Below, one piece after another: positions 62,783 to 64,000 of a DNA stretch of 64,000 nucleotides. Origin of the DNA: Stramenopiles sp. TOSAG23-2 (Eukaryota); the NCBI GenBank assembly GCA_900128395.1, contig LT649235.1, positions 1 to 64,000 on the forward strand, read 5' to 3'. A program made the translations under genes and the position numbers. The notes under the pieces are model-generated. The model ran no database searches. It worked only from the letters and a program-made list of their open reading frames with translations, and was not told where the DNA came from. The stretch's first letter is position 1. Every line of letters begins with the position of its first letter.

Positions 62783-63468
62783 GCAAACTGTAAAAGTTAA
62801 AGAATTCAAAATGTAGTTGTACAAAAAAAGACCTCCTTTCCTTGCCAAAGAAACAAAACAATATGTGAAAAACATATTTTGATCGATGGTGGTAGTATAC
62901 ATATAATATACACACACACACAGGCTCCTTCCTCTGTTTCTTCTCCTGTTTTAAAAACGTTCCCTACGAATGTATGTCTGTCAATATGGTATAATACATT
63001 ATATATCTGTATATATTTTACCTCTCTTGTTATCTATCTTCTCGCCATATAATCCATGTATACGCTAAAGATGTATTACTATATTTTATATTTATTATAG
63101 TTAGAATAGTGTAATATAATGTAGTACATCTGCTATTATAATTGAAACATCTAGCCTTCTAGGCTTGCTAGTATACTAATTTTATTTACTCCGGGTTCTC
63201 CATTATCCATCAGCACATCATTATGGTAGGCCAGTATAGGCCTGCTGCCTGCTGGGCATATAGACGGTGAAGAATGAAAGCTGGAAAGAAGAATGGCATC
63301 AATGAGGTGATATTTAAAATAAATTTTAAATTGAATTGCACGCAAATATGTGCATATTGATAATCTTTTCTATCATACACATATATATATAGAAATAAAC
63401 TACGTGTATGTGTGGGTATATACGCGCATATCCCTAGTCATTCTGTATAGATATACCGACAAATAAAA

Positions 63469-64000
63469 ATGGCATCAATCAATAATGATGAAGTGGATAT
63501 TGCACCTTTACCATCTGCTATACAACAGTCATCTTTGCCAATAAAACGTTTGTCAAAAGACGTAGTAGACCGTATTGCAGCGGGTGAAATTATACATAAA
63601 CCATCCTCAGCGTTGAAAGAAATGTTAGAAAATAGCGTTGATGCTGGCTCGACGTCGGTATCTGTCTCTTGTAAAGATGGTGGTATTAAATTGCTACAAG
63701 TAACAGACAATGGCAAAGGTATACGTAAATCAGATTTAGGGATAGTATGTGAACGGCATACTACAAGTAAAATTCAAAAATTCGAAGATTTAACAACAGT
63801 AACAACATACGGTTTTCGTGGCGAAGCACTCGCTAGTATAAGCATGGTTGCTAATGTAACAATTATAACTAAAACGGAAGATGCTGATTGCGCATATAAA
63901 ACAACATATGCAGATAGTAAAATAGTAAATGTACCACAACCATGTGCAGGTGTTAAAGGTACGACAATTATGGTAAAAGATTTATTTTATAACGTACCAA
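63469..64000 (+). CDS. MLH1: DNA mismatch repair protein MLH1 (5' part; runs off the window)
   Basis: Translated by hand from ATG 63469: [72 protein letters not shown]. Confidence 0.93.
   Translation, partial: MASINNDEVDIAPLPSAIQQSSLPIKRLSKDVVDRIAAGEIIHKPSSALKEMLENSVDAGSTSVSVSCKDGGIKLLQVTDNGKGIRKSDLGIVCERHTTSKIQKFEDLTTVTTYGFRGEALASISMVANVTIITKTEDADCAYKTTYADSKIVNVPQPCAGVKGTTIMVKDLFYNVP

Noticed and set aside
63438-63716. 92-aa minus-strand ORF
   Set aside because: Antisense to MLH1, which the ORF track missed because it runs off the window.

Overview
AT-rich, gene-dense eukaryotic nuclear DNA with about 26 protein-coding genes and almost no introns (one clear 85-nt GT-AG intron). Histone H3 residues (RFQGSA, C-terminal RGERS) and cilium-associated genes (EFHB, a FAM194/C3orf20-like gene, a dynein MTBD-like domain) suggest a flagellated protist, probably a stramenopile; this is inference, not verified. 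Recognisable genes: ADCY10-type soluble adenylyl cyclase, an atypical HemF, two CoA-transferase III genes, a MAP3K, LMF, a Sel1-repeat protein, EFHB, golgin-84, DAP3/mS29, an F-box SNF2 helicase, MFSD5, a divergent H4/H3 pair sharing an identical 3' stem-loop, and the 5' end of MLH1. The most striking locus (26.4-30.9 kb) is a head-to-head pair: a stand-alone RNA ligase and a 1124-aa 2H-phosphoesterase/RNA ligase/Cys-phosphatase/polynucleotide-kinase fusion, which looks like a self-contained RNA end-healing and sealing unit. Other unusual architectures are an F-box plus dynein microtubule-binding-like domain, a phosphatase-PHD-HARE-HTH-like protein with a W-x3-RK-x2-W repeat, a CaaX-bearing pseudo-USP, and a DEP domain inserted inside a cyclase domain. 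Genes alternate strand almost strictly, and divergent and convergent spacers carry different recurrent sequence motifs. All domain calls come from motif recognition by eye; no searches were run.
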